A DNA stretch of 64,000 nucleotides. It comes from a virus. Positions 36,336-46,415 of this stretch are shown piece after piece. Below the pieces are notes generated by a model that had not been told where the DNA came from, searched no databases, and saw nothing but the letters and a program-made list of their open reading frames with translations. The DNA lies in the IMG/VR virus record IMGVR_UViG_3300028840_006907, positions 256,001 through 320,000 of that record. One strand, 5' to 3'. Position numbers and translations under genes: made by a program. How positions within the stretch are numbered: position 1 is the first letter of the stretch; each line of letters begins with the position of its first letter.

Positions 36336-39320
36336 ATGGCAGAGCAATTAAAAGTTGGATGGGTCGGATATGGGGGTAATAGTTGGATGGCTGAGGATCT
36401 TCGGCCAGTTATAGAAAAGCTAGGAATGACTTTATTCACGATTCATGAACATGATAACGCAGATATTAAATGGGAAAAGGATAACTGGTTCAATCATTTA
36501 AAAAAAGCTGATATAGTTATAGCTCCAGCTAATTATAAAAAACAACCTGCAAAGAGTGCAAATCGATTAATACAATCAATGTCAATGGGTAAACCTGTCA
36601 TATGTTCTCCTTTACCTGCATATTTAGATGTGGCTAAAAAACATCCTGGTTCATTTCTTCTAGCTGATGTCCCGGAAGAATGGGAGGAATGTTTAAAATT
36701 GCTTAGAGATAATCCTTCTTTTCGTAAACAGATGAGTGAGAAGGCTCTAGAAGCTGTTGAAGATTTTTCGATAAATGTCATAGGAAATAAGTGGCTAGAA
36801 TTATTAGAGAAAGATGTACCAATAAAAAAAGATACTGAATCGAATAAAGTTCTTATTACAGATATAATCATACCTACATATAAAAATCTTCGTGGCTTGA
36901 AGTTATGTATTGAGAGTATTCTGGAGTGTACGTTAGTGCCGTACAATATTATAATTGTAAATAATGGAACTGATGAGGAATTGCATAACTATTGTTCTCA
37001 ATTGGTAAATGTAACTTACATAAAAAAAGACAGACTTAATTTTGCCCAAGCCATGAATGTCGGGATTAAAGCAGGTGATTCTGATTTAGTCGTTCTATTA
37101 AATGATGATGTTATTGTCAGTAAAGGATGGCTTATGAATTTGAAATATGCCTGTACTGAAGATGTGGGTGCAGTAGGACCTTTAAGTAATTGTGATAAAT
37201 CCTGGCTCCATAATCATGATATCAATATTGGTGGAGTAGAATTACTGCCTGGTTCAAATACTTTTGAACAAATTGAGCCTATTATTTCTCAGATATATAA
37301 TTATGAATCTCCTTTTTTAGAAGAACCTGAACGAAAATGGGTTGCATTTTATGCTACTTTAATTCCTCGGTCAGTAATAGAAGAAGTAGGTTTTTTAGAT
37401 GAGTCCTTTACAAATTCGGGAGAGGATGTTGATTATTGTAACAGGATTATGAAGTTAGGGTATAAAATAAAACAGACCTATAAAAGTTTTGTATTTCATT
37501 TCGGAGCTGTAAGTAGGAAATTACTGGAGCAGGAAGATAAGGGCACTTATCAGAAAGCTGATGAGGAGACTCAAGAATATTTAAAGATCAAGTATTCAAA
37601 ACCAACAGTAATAATCTATTCCGGTGCCAGTTGGGAGAGATGGAGTTATAAGTCTCTTGAACAGGGGGGTATTGGTGGTAGTGAAGTTTGGCAGATAAAT
37701 GTTTGTCGTGAGTTAAATAAATTGGGTTATAGAGTAATCAGTTTTAATGATTCCCCGGAAAAGGAAATGTGGGAAGATGGGATTCAATATCTTCATTATG
37801 GAGAATTTTCGAAATGGTGTGATGGTAACTATGCCGATTACGCAATTATAAGTAGAACAACCGATCCTTTACATCATCCTTTAAGAGCTGGAAAAATATT
37901 TATAATGGTTCACGATGTCTGGTTACTTTCTGCTAGAGATCAATTATTCCTTGATAAAGTAGATAAATTTTGTGTACTTAGTAAATGGCATTGGGATTTT
38001 TTTAAAGGTCACCATGGAATCCAAGATGAATCAAAATTGGCGTTGACTTCTAATGGGATAGATTTTAATCGTTATGATAACAAAAATATTGAAAGACATC
38101 CTTATAAAATGTTTTACAGTTCTTCCCCGGATCGAGGTCTTGATACACTCCTTTACCTATTTCCCTTTATTAAGGAAAAAATTCCAGAACTTGAACTCCA
38201 TATTTATTATGGATTTAACAATTGGGAAAAGGCAGTGAAGATGAGAAAAAACCAGATTGAGATAGATAGAATGAATAAAATAAAAAAGGATATGGAACAA
38301 CCTGGGGTATTTTATCATGGCCGAGTTGGTCAGAAGGAGCTAGCTGAAGCGCAATTAGAATGTTCTCTTTGGGCCTATCCGACGGATTTTGAAGAAGTTT
38401 TTTGCATCACTGCTATTGAGGCTCAAAGAGCCAGAATCCCTGTATTAGCAACGAATTACGCTGCTTTACAGACAACAGTAGGTGACTCAGGAATTCTAAT
38501 AGGAAATGGCATGAAAGGAGAATCTTATACACGAGATTATCGATTAAAATTTGTAGATGAGTGTATAAAAGTTTTAACAGATAAAGAATATAGAGAACAC
38601 TGGATTGAGAAAGGTTTAAAAAATACGGAGAAATATTCTTGGGAACAAGTGGCTAAAAATTGGAAGAAATTGTTTGAAAAAAGTGATCAAAAAGTAGAAG
38701 CAAAAATTATAGATGAAAAAGAATACAAGAAAGATCGAGTGCTAGTTCATGAAATGAAAATAAGTTCTAATTATATGCCAGATCCTCACAGCCATTTAAA
38801 TAATGAGAGAGATCGTTTTCATTATTATAAAACACTTAATGCTTTCGTTTCATCAAATTCATGTAGTGCATTGGATGTGGGTTGTTTTGATGGGTGGATT
38901 GATTTTCTTCTTATAGAACAAGGATTTAAATTAACTGGAGTTGAGTTGATGGAACCTCTTGTTCAAGCTGCTCGAAAATATGCAGAAGTTAAACAACTTG
39001 ATTATACAATTTATCAGGGTTTTTTTGAAGAGATTGAGATAGACCAGAAATTTGATTTAGTGATATGTTTGGAGACTTTGGAACATATTGATTTAAAACT
39101 TGTCCCTGAGTATATACAAAAAATGAAAAGTCTTGCTACAAAGGGTCTTTTCATATCACTCCCGGATCAGAAACATGAAGATAATACCCAGCATTTATGG
39201 ACACCTACTGAAAATTTAATAAGAAAAATGTGGGGTAATAAAAAGAATTTTTCATTGGAATACCATACTTATCAGGATTCAAATTTACCCGCTAATTGGT
39301 TAATTTATTTCGAAGTGTAG
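36336..39320 (+). CDS. giant multidomain glycosyltransferase (GT2 + GT4-like) / methyltransferase fusion
   Basis: 994 aa; GT-A segment (ITDIIIPTYKN...IIIVNNG), GT-B/GT4-like segment (EVFCITAIEAQRARIPVLAT), C-terminal class I methyltransferase motifs (ALDVGCFDGW, LETLEHI). Confidence 0.65.
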   Translation: MAEQLKVGWVGYGGNSWMAEDLRPVIEKLGMTLFTIHEHDNADIKWEKDNWFNHLKKADIVIAPANYKKQPAKSANRLIQSMSMGKPVICSPLPAYLDVAKKHPGSFLLADVPEEWEECLKLLRDNPSFRKQMSEKALEAVEDFSINVIGNKWLELLEKDVPIKKDTESNKVLITDIIIPTYKNLRGLKLCIESILECTLVPYNIIIVNNGTDEELHNYCSQLVNVTYIKKDRLNFAQAMNVGIKAGDSDLVVLLNDDVIVSKGWLMNLKYACTEDVGAVGPLSNCDKSWLHNHDINIGGVELLPGSNTFEQIEPIISQIYNYESPFLEEPERKWVAFYATLIPRSVIEEVGFLDESFTNSGEDVDYCNRIMKLGYKIKQTYKSFVFHFGAVSRKLLEQEDKGTYQKADEETQEYLKIKYSKPTVIIYSGASWERWSYKSLEQGGIGGSEVWQINVCRELNKLGYRVISFNDSPEKEMWEDGIQYLHYGEFSKWCDGNYADYAIISRTTDPLHHPLRAGKIFIMVHDVWLLSARDQLFLDKVDKFCVLSKWHWDFFKGHHGIQDESKLALTSNGIDFNRYDNKNIERHPYKMFYSSSPDRGLDTLLYLFPFIKEKIPELELHIYYGFNNWEKAVKMRKNQIEIDRMNKIKKDMEQPGVFYHGRVGQKELAEAQLECSLWAYPTDFEEVFCITAIEAQRARIPVLATNYAALQTTVGDSGILIGNGMKGESYTRDYRLKFVDECIKVLTDKEYREHWIEKGLKNTEKYSWEQVAKNWKKLFEKSDQKVEAKIIDEKEYKKDRVLVHEMKISSNYMPDPHSHLNNERDRFHYYKTLNAFVSSNSCSALDVGCFDGWIDFLLIEQGFKLTGVELMEPLVQAARKYAEVKQLDYTIYQGFFEEIEIDQKFDLVICLETLEHIDLKLVPEYIQKMKSLATKGLFISLPDQKHEDNTQHLWTPTENLIRKMWGNKKNFSLEYHTYQDSNLPANWLIYFEV

Positions 39321-39322
39321 TT

Positions 39323-39610
39323 ATGAATAGGTATGACATTATTTTGGGTAACAATAGTCGGTTAGCGATGATGGAAAAATGGTCCCCTAAAGATTATAGA
39401 CAGGAATATTTAGGGGAATTCGTAAAACCAACATGTTCAGTTTCTGATGGTCATAATAATTATTGCCCATCAAAACCAGAACATTTTTTTGAGTATCATG
39501 GTAAAGAAGTGGGTTTATGTAAAGACTGCTATTTACATTATTTAAATGGACATTTTGATAAAAGATTTCAGAAAAAGAATTATGGTTATACCATCTATCA
39601 AATCGATTAA
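39323..39610 (+). CDS. small Cys-containing hypothetical protein
   Basis: Start at ATG (track TTG start at 39296); 95 aa; CSVSDGHNNYC...CKDC. Confidence 0.4.
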   Translation: MNRYDIILGNNSRLAMMEKWSPKDYRQEYLGEFVKPTCSVSDGHNNYCPSKPEHFFEYHGKEVGLCKDCYLHYLNGHFDKRFQKKNYGYTIYQID

Positions 39611-39611
39611 A

Positions 39612-40247
39612 ATGAAAAAAGGGCTATTTTTTACTTTTGAAGGTATTGATGGTTGTGGCAAAAGTACTCAATTAAGATTATCTACAGAATATCTTAAAAC
39701 TAAAAATATCCCTCATATAGTGACCCGAGAACCGGGAGGTACACCACTAGCAGAGAAAGTCAGAGAAATAATATTATCCCCACAGAATGATATTAAAGAT
39801 CGAGCTGAAGTTTTATTATACCTTGCTTCTAGAGCACAACATGTGGAAGAAAAGATAATCCCGGCAATGGAGCAAGGTAAAATTGTGCTTTGTGATCGTT
39901 TTCAGGAAGCTACATTTGCTTATCAAGGATTTGGTCGTGGTTTTTTAAGAGAGACTTTAGAAGTTTTAAATAATTTCTCTACTGATGGGTTGCAGCCAAC
40001 AAGGACCTTTATTTTTGATGTGAGTCTTAAATGTGCTAGTGAGAGATTAAAGAAGACCGGTAAAGCTCCGGATCGGCTTGAGCAAAATTCTCTTGAATTT
40101 TTTAGTAAAGTACGACAGGGTTTTTTTTCTCTAGCTGAAATTCATTCTGATCGAATACATCTTATTAATAGTGAGAAACCTATAGATGAAATTTTTGAAA
40201 TTGTTAAAAAAGATATAAACAAATATATAGATTATGGAAGCATATAA
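39612..40247 (+). CDS. tmk: thymidylate kinase
   Basis: Start set at MKKGLFFTFEGIDGCGKST (P-loop) rather than upstream track start; VTREPGGT motif present. Confidence 0.8.
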   Translation: MKKGLFFTFEGIDGCGKSTQLRLSTEYLKTKNIPHIVTREPGGTPLAEKVREIILSPQNDIKDRAEVLLYLASRAQHVEEKIIPAMEQGKIVLCDRFQEATFAYQGFGRGFLRETLEVLNNFSTDGLQPTRTFIFDVSLKCASERLKKTGKAPDRLEQNSLEFFSKVRQGFFSLAEIHSDRIHLINSEKPIDEIFEIVKKDINKYIDYGSI

Positions 40248-40401
40248 ACTTTGTCCTCGATGTGGGGAATTGGTACCATTCAATACATATTTTGGTGGGT
40301 ATTTTTGTAAGTGTGGTTGGAAAGATGATACTTTTGATAAAGAGCGTATTGCTGCTATGAGAAAATGGAAACTACCAAAATCTTCAGATGGAATTATTTA
40401 A
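40234..40401 (+). CDS. small zinc-ribbon protein (55 aa)
   Basis: ATG ORF below track cut-off; CPRCGELV...CKCGW; overlaps tmk 3' end by 14 nt. Confidence 0.3.
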   Translation: MEAYKLCPRCGELVPFNTYFGGYFCKCGWKDDTFDKERIAAMRKWKLPKSSDGII

Positions 40402-40681
40402 GTTCATACCATTCTGGCATTGCTTCTTTTTTTGAAAGTTTTCGTTGTACCTTTATAGATGTTTTAGGTTCATTTTTAACATATACTTTGTTATATCCCA
40501 GGGATTCCTGGGGATTTAATTCCATATCATTTGTTATTTCAAAAGAGATACCAGAAAAATCACTCTCTATTCTAACTCTTCTTTTATTATTCTCCTTCGA
40601 TTTTTTAACTGCTCTAAGAAGTTCTCTTAATGTTTTTTCGGTAAGATGTATCGTACTTTTATCGATATTTATATGAGGCAT
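40394..40681 (-). CDS. hypothetical basic protein
   Basis: Start at ATG (track TTG start at 40693); protein-like K/E-rich composition, preferred over the F/L-rich + strand ORF 40365-40676. Confidence 0.45.
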   Translation of the reverse strand: MPHINIDKSTIHLTEKTLRELLRAVKKSKENNKRRVRIESDFSGISFEITNDMELNPQESLGYNKVYVKNEPKTSIKVQRKLSKKEAMPEWYELK

Positions 40682-40930
40682 ATTCCCACCCAATAAATTT
40701 TATAGCCGATCAAAAATTAAAGATAATATAATGCATTTCTAAATTTCAAATTTCCTTTAATTCAAAGGGTATTTCAGTGTCTCTTTGTGGCTCTTCAGTT
40801 TAATAATCATTTAATATTAGCTTCTAATTAGGTAGAGTTATACAAGAAATATTTATGAATAAATTCGATTATCTATTAATAGTTAACCGTTTTAAAAGCA
40901 TAGAAAATCTTAGGAATAAAAAGAGGCTGT

Positions 40931-42280
40931 ATGGAACAAAAATTATCGGTTATAGGATTAGGTAAATTGGGCTGTACAATGATGGTATGTTTTGCTCATA
41001 AAGGATGGGAAGTTATAGGGGTTGATGTTAATGAATTAACTATTGAAACTATTCTACGAGGTCGGAGTCCTATCGATGAACCTTTTGTAGAAGAGATGAT
41101 AAGTGATAATGCAGAAAGGATAAGAGTAACATCTGATTGTGAAAATGCTGTTTTAAATAGTGATGTAAGTTTTGTAATAGTTCCTACTCCCAGTAAGGAA
41201 GATGGGTCTTTTTCGACAGAATATGTTGAAAATGCTACAATGGAAGTTGCGAAAGCTTTGACAAAAAAGAACTCTTATCATTTAATTGTAATTACTTCTA
41301 CTGTTCTTCCTGGAGACAGTCTTCGAATTTCTTATGAGATTGCTCGGGAGTCAGGGAAAGAACTAGGAAAGGATTTCGGTGTTGTTTATAATCCTGATTT
41401 CATAGCACTCGGTAAAATTGTCAGCGATTTTTTAAACCCTGACATGATCCTTATCGGTGAGTACGATGAGAAGTCAGGAGATATCATTCAAGACATACAC
41501 CTGAAACTTATAGATAGTAATCCTACTTTTCATAGGATGAATTTCTTTAATGCTGAACTGGCGAAAATTTCTCTTAATGCCTACTGTACTTTGAAAATTA
41601 CTTTTGCGAACATAATCGCGGAGATATGTGAGAATTTACCTGGCGGTGATTCTAATAAAGTCTTAAGTGCTGTAGGAGCTGATAGTCGGGTGGGTCAAAA
41701 ATATCTCAAAGGTGGTTTGGGGTACAGCGGACCATGTTTTCCGCGTGATAATCGAGCCCTCGCCCATTCTGCAAGGTTCTTTGGCACTACAAATTATTTC
41801 TGTGAGATGACAGATGCAATAAACAACTATCATAAAACAGAAAGAATATGCAATCTTTTATTGGGGTACATGGAAGAAAAGAACACAAAAGAATTAGCTA
41901 TACTTGGTTTATCCTATAAGGAAGATACTCCTGTGATTGAAGAATCTGTATCTATTTCAGTTATAAAAACTCTTTGGGAAAAAGGAATGAATATAAAAGT
42001 TTTTGATCCGGTTGCTATGGAAAATGCAAAAAGAGAATTAGAAGGTTATGATAATATTTATTATGCCTCTTCTGAATATGATTGTATAGATGGTACTTCC
42101 GTTTGTTTTATAGCTACTCCTTGGAAACAGTTCTTTAGTTTGAATCATCAAGAAGTAATAAAAAGAATGAAAAAGAGTTCTATTATTCTTGACTCATGGG
42201 GAGTATTACCTTATGACAGAGCAACTAATAGAGGCAAAAAAGTAGAGGTAAAACAACTAGGGAAAAATTATCAATCGTAA
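40931..42280 (+). CDS. UDP-sugar 6-dehydrogenase family protein (UDP-glucose/UDP-ManNAc dehydrogenase-like)
   Basis: 449 aa; N-terminal Rossmann GLGKLG; catalytic-Cys region GGLGYSGPCFPRD. Confidence 0.75.
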   Translation: MEQKLSVIGLGKLGCTMMVCFAHKGWEVIGVDVNELTIETILRGRSPIDEPFVEEMISDNAERIRVTSDCENAVLNSDVSFVIVPTPSKEDGSFSTEYVENATMEVAKALTKKNSYHLIVITSTVLPGDSLRISYEIARESGKELGKDFGVVYNPDFIALGKIVSDFLNPDMILIGEYDEKSGDIIQDIHLKLIDSNPTFHRMNFFNAELAKISLNAYCTLKITFANIIAEICENLPGGDSNKVLSAVGADSRVGQKYLKGGLGYSGPCFPRDNRALAHSARFFGTTNYFCEMTDAINNYHKTERICNLLLGYMEEKNTKELAILGLSYKEDTPVIEESVSISVIKTLWEKGMNIKVFDPVAMENAKRELEGYDNIYYASSEYDCIDGTSVCFIATPWKQFFSLNHQEVIKRMKKSSIILDSWGVLPYDRATNRGKKVEVKQLGKNYQS

Positions 42281-42342
42281 AAATTAGATATAAGAAGTCT
42301 CATTGAGACTATTCAATAAAATAATAAATAGGAATAAAAAAG

Positions 42343-43146
42343 ATGCCGAGATTAAGCTTTATTGTCACTGGACGAAATGACAATTATGACCAAAATTTTA
42401 ATGAACGTTTAACCATCGCTTTAAGAAGAAATATAAAATCCCTTCCAGACGCTGAATTCATTTTTGTAGAATGGAATCCTTATTTAGACCGCCCATTAAC
42501 ATGTTCAAAATTAAAAAGGACTTTTGGAGATCGAGTTAAATATTATGTAGTTCATCCTAAATATCATAAATATTATTGTAACATTGATGGTTTTCTTGAA
42601 TACCCTCCAAAAAATATCGGAATACGTAAGGCTACAGGTGAATTTATTATTTGTACAAATTCAGATGTAATTTTTTGTCCAGATCTAGTTCATTGTATGA
42701 ATATGCATTTGGAAAAAAATGTCCTTTATCGTGCTACTCGAATTGATATCCGACCAGATTATCTTAATGTAAGTTTCCCCCTTCATCCAAAATTTAAGCT
42801 TGAAACAAATCAAGGTCCTATGAATGCAGCGGGTGATTTTCTTTTAATGCATCGGGATCTATGGTATAAAACTACTGGTTATTGCGAGGAATACCCGTGG
42901 CAGAGATTACATAAAGATGCTCAGATAGTTTATTTGCTTTCTAATAAAAGAGGGTATGAAGTTCGAAACATAGGATCTATGACACATTGGAGACATCCTA
43001 GCTCCTGGTCTAATGGAAAATGTCGAGCTAGAGTAGGTGATGTGAATTGGGATTTTCAAAAATGTAATTACAAAATGAATAAAAAAACATGGGGTCTCAC
43101 GTTTACAGATGAGGTCGAAAAAGACGGCATAATTTGGCTAATTTAA
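42343..43146 (+). CDS. putative glycosyltransferase (GT-A fold)
   Basis: 267 aa; GT2-like NIGIRKATGEFIICTNSDVIF. Confidence 0.4.
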   Translation: MPRLSFIVTGRNDNYDQNFNERLTIALRRNIKSLPDAEFIFVEWNPYLDRPLTCSKLKRTFGDRVKYYVVHPKYHKYYCNIDGFLEYPPKNIGIRKATGEFIICTNSDVIFCPDLVHCMNMHLEKNVLYRATRIDIRPDYLNVSFPLHPKFKLETNQGPMNAAGDFLLMHRDLWYKTTGYCEEYPWQRLHKDAQIVYLLSNKRGYEVRNIGSMTHWRHPSSWSNGKCRARVGDVNWDFQKCNYKMNKKTWGLTFTDEVEKDGIIWLI

Positions 43147-43176
43147 ATTTACATATAGATATTGAAAGGAGATTGT

Positions 43177-44151
43177 ATGAAACGTATATTGGTTACTGGA
43201 GCAGGCGGTTTTATTGGAGGCCATTTAGTCACTCGATTGAAAGAGGAGGGCTATTGGGTTCGTGGAGTTGATATTAAAGAGCATGAATATAAGAAGACTG
43301 ATGCAGATGAATTTTATCTTAAAGATTTGAGAATAATGCAAAATTGTCTTACTTCATGCGCTGATATTGATGAATGTTATACATTAGCTGCTGACATGGG
43401 TGGTGCAGGATTTGTTTTTACTGGTGAGAATGATGCTGATATCATGCATAATTCTGCGAAGATAAATTTAAATATGGCTGAAGCTTGCCGAATACAAGGA
43501 GTAAAGAAGATATTTTATTCCTCTTCAGCGTGCATGTATCCTGCTCATAATCAAACCGATCCGGATAATCCTTTACTTTCTGAGGATTCTGCTTATCCTG
43601 CAGCTCCCGATAGTGAATACGGGTGGGAAAAACTTTTCTCAGAACATCTTTATTTAGCTTATAACAAAAATTATGGACTGGATGTTCGTGTGGCAAGATT
43701 TCATAATATTTTTGGAGTTTTGGGAACATGGCAAGGTGGAAGAGAAAAAGCTCCTGCTGCATTGAATCGTAAAGTAGCTATGGCTAAAGATGGTGATGTA
43801 ATCGAAGTGTGGGGACCTGGTACTCAAACACGTTCTTTCCTTTATATAGAGGAATGTATTGAAGCAGTACGTCGTTTCATGGAATCAGATTTTTTAGGCC
43901 CTGTAAATATAGGTTCTGAAGAAATGATTTCAATAAACGATCTTGCGAAAATGGCCATAGATATTAGTGGTAAAAAACTTACTATCAAAAATGTGGAAGG
44001 TCCTGTAGGAGTTATGGGCCGTAATTCAGATAATAATTTATATGAAGAAAAGGTTGGATGGAGACCTTCAAAACCTTTACATTATGGTATGGAAAAGACT
44101 TATGCTTGGATAAGTGATCAAATTAAACAAATTTATCCCTTTAGAAAATAG
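43177..44151 (+). CDS. NAD-dependent nucleotide-sugar epimerase/dehydratase (SDR family)
   Basis: Start at ATG with AAAGGAG RBS (track TTG start at 43162); VTGAGGFIGGHL; YGWEK (YxxxK). Confidence 0.75.
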   Translation: MKRILVTGAGGFIGGHLVTRLKEEGYWVRGVDIKEHEYKKTDADEFYLKDLRIMQNCLTSCADIDECYTLAADMGGAGFVFTGENDADIMHNSAKINLNMAEACRIQGVKKIFYSSSACMYPAHNQTDPDNPLLSEDSAYPAAPDSEYGWEKLFSEHLYLAYNKNYGLDVRVARFHNIFGVLGTWQGGREKAPAALNRKVAMAKDGDVIEVWGPGTQTRSFLYIEECIEAVRRFMESDFLGPVNIGSEEMISINDLAKMAIDISGKKLTIKNVEGPVGVMGRNSDNNLYEEKVGWRPSKPLHYGMEKTYAWISDQIKQIYPFRK

Positions 44152-44154
44152 CTT

Positions 44155-44856
44155 ATGGAATTAATAACAAAAGCAGTTATAATGGCTGGTGGAGAGGGTA
44201 CTCGGTTAAGACCTTATACAGAAATGACTCCTAAAGCAATGTTAGAGGTTAACGGTATTCCTCTCTTACGTTTAATGATAGAGAGACTTCATAGTTTTGG
44301 TATAACTCATTTCTATTTAAGTGTAAATTATCTCTCGAAAGTAATCTGTGATTATTTCGGTGATGGATCTAAATTTGGGATTAATATCACTTATATAAAA
44401 GAACCTTATTCGATGGGGACCGCAGGTTCAATTAGTATGGTTGATATTGAAGAACCTTTTTTGGTTATAAATGGAGATGTTTATACCAGTCTTGATTTTA
44501 GAGATCTCTTTGTAGAATTTAGAAGATCTAAATCAGATCTATTAATATGTTGTAGGGAGCAATTATTAAAAACAGATTATGGTGTTATTGTAAAAGAAGA
44601 TGACAGGATAACTTCCTGGGTTGAAAAACCTGAGTTTACTCATTACATAAGTTGTGGTATCTATGTATTCAAACCAGAGATTGTAAAATATATACCTAAA
44701 GAACATTTTTTTAATATGAATCATTTAGCTGAAGCGGTTATTGAAAAGAATAAAAAAGCTGGATTTTATTTAATGGATGATCTAGATATCTGGATTGATA
44801 TAGGAACTATTGAAGAATATAATAAGGTCAAGGAATTGTTAACAGTAAAAAAATAA
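44155..44856 (+). CDS. sugar-phosphate nucleotidyltransferase
   Basis: 233 aa; AVIMAGGEGTRLRPYT motif. Confidence 0.75.
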   Translation: MELITKAVIMAGGEGTRLRPYTEMTPKAMLEVNGIPLLRLMIERLHSFGITHFYLSVNYLSKVICDYFGDGSKFGINITYIKEPYSMGTAGSISMVDIEEPFLVINGDVYTSLDFRDLFVEFRRSKSDLLICCREQLLKTDYGVIVKEDDRITSWVEKPEFTHYISCGIYVFKPEIVKYIPKEHFFNMNHLAEAVIEKNKKAGFYLMDDLDIWIDIGTIEEYNKVKELLTVKK

Positions 44857-44865
44857 GAGGATAAA

Positions 44866-45759
44866 GTGAGAGTTGTATTTATTGGTTGCGTCAATTTCAG
44901 TAAAGCAATGTTGGAATATGCTTTAGAAATAGAGTGCCTTGAAATAGTGGGTATCGTGACAAAATCAGAATCCAATTTTAATACAGATTTCTGTTCTTTG
45001 GCCCCTTTAGCCCAGGAACATAATATTTCTTATCTTTTATACGATCAATTAAAATCGGAAAGTGGACTCAATAGTTGGGTTGAATTAAAATTTCCTGATG
45101 TGATCTTTTGTTTTGGTTGGTCCCATTTATTAAAAGCTGAACTTATAGAAATTCCTAAAATAGGAGTCATAGGACATCATCCTACAATGCTTCCTAAGAA
45201 TAGAGGGCGACATCCAGTAATATGGGCGTTAGCTTTAGGATTGGAGTATACTGCTTCAACTTTTTTCTTTATAGATCCTGGGGTGGATTCTGGGGATATT
45301 CTAGATCAAATCCCTGTAAATATAAATTTTGATGATGATGCTAGTATTCTCTATCAGAAGATCACAGTGACTGCAGGAAAGCAATTAAAAACATTTTCTC
45401 CTCTTTTGGAGAAAGGAGAATATATAGTTGTTAAACAAGATATGAGTAAAGCTACATGGTGGAGAAAAAGGTCAAAAGCTGATGGATATATTGATTGGCG
45501 TATGAGTTGTTTTTCCATTCATAATTTAGTCCGGGCTTTGACTTGTCCTTATGTAGGGGCTCATTGTGAATTTAACAATAGGGATATAAAGATCTGGAAA
45601 GTTAGAATAATGTATAAAGGATTAGATGATATTGAACCAGGTAAAATAATCGATTTAAATAGAAATAAAAATGAAATCTATATAAAGTGCGGGGATGGAG
45701 TTATGTGTATCTATGATCATGAATTTGATCCTCTGCCTGAGATCGGAACTTATTTATGA
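44866..45759 (+). CDS. sugar N-formyltransferase (formyl_trans_N family)
   Basis: 297 aa; GTG start after AGAGGA; HPTMLPKNRGRHP matches HxSLLPxxRG; C-terminal domain as in Fmt-like enzymes. Confidence 0.65.
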   Translation: MRVVFIGCVNFSKAMLEYALEIECLEIVGIVTKSESNFNTDFCSLAPLAQEHNISYLLYDQLKSESGLNSWVELKFPDVIFCFGWSHLLKAELIEIPKIGVIGHHPTMLPKNRGRHPVIWALALGLEYTASTFFFIDPGVDSGDILDQIPVNINFDDDASILYQKITVTAGKQLKTFSPLLEKGEYIVVKQDMSKATWWRKRSKADGYIDWRMSCFSIHNLVRALTCPYVGAHCEFNNRDIKIWKVRIMYKGLDDIEPGKIIDLNRNKNEIYIKCGDGVMCIYDHEFDPLPEIGTYL

Positions 45760-46415
45760 AAATTATTGCCATTGCACCTCATCCTGATGATGAGACTCTG
45801 GGATGTGGTGGTACACTCTTGAAGCATCGGGATGCCTCAGATGATATTTATTTGGTTCTTGTTACTACAGCAGGTTCTGAATACAGTGAAGAGCATATCA
45901 ATAATAAATACAAAGAAATAGATAATGCCAACGAGATTTTTGAATTTAAGACTATCTTCGATTTGGGTTTCCCTGTTACTCATATTGGTTCTATAGATAT
46001 ATCAGAAATAATTGGTAAACTAATGGACACATTTAAATTAGTGGGTCCCGATATTATTTATGTTCCTTTCCCGTATGATATTCATACTGATCATCAAGTT
46101 GTTTTTGATGCGGTTTCTTCGTGTACAAAATGGTTCAGAATACCTACTTTGAAAAGAATACTAGCCTATGAAACTATATCTGAAACAGATTTTATTATTA
46201 GACCCGGTCCTTCTTTTATCCCTAATGTTTTTGTCAATATTGAAGATCACATTGATAAAAAGATAGAGGCTATGAAATGCTATGCTAGTGAAATTGCTAT
46301 GCCTCCTTTTCCTCGTAGTGAGGAGAATATCAGAGCCCTGGCAACATTAAGAGGTTCAACATCTGGTTTCAAAGCTGCGGAAGCTTTCATGTTGTTAAAG
46401 GAGATAGATGAATGA
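45756..46415 (+). CDS. PIG-L/LmbE family deacetylase
   Basis: 219 aa; AIAPHPDDETLGCGGT motif; ATGA overlap with upstream gene. Confidence 0.7.
   Translation: MKIIAIAPHPDDETLGCGGTLLKHRDASDDIYLVLVTTAGSEYSEEHINNKYKEIDNANEIFEFKTIFDLGFPVTHIGSIDISEIIGKLMDTFKLVGPDIIYVPFPYDIHTDHQVVFDAVSSCTKWFRIPTLKRILAYETISETDFIIRPGPSFIPNVFVNIEDHIDKKIEAMKCYASEIAMPPFPRSEENIRALATLRGSTSGFKAAEAFMLLKEIDE

Noticed and set aside
40365-40676. 103-aa + strand ORF
   Set aside because: Phe/Leu/Ser-rich composition typical of the antisense of a K/E-rich gene; the overlapping minus-strand ORF (40394-40681) reads as a plausible basic protein.
42295-42309. Short hairpin AGTCTC-ATT-GAGACT after the UDP-sugar dehydrogenase gene as a terminator
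   Set aside because: 6-bp stem with a 3-nt loop and no downstream T-run; too weak to call.
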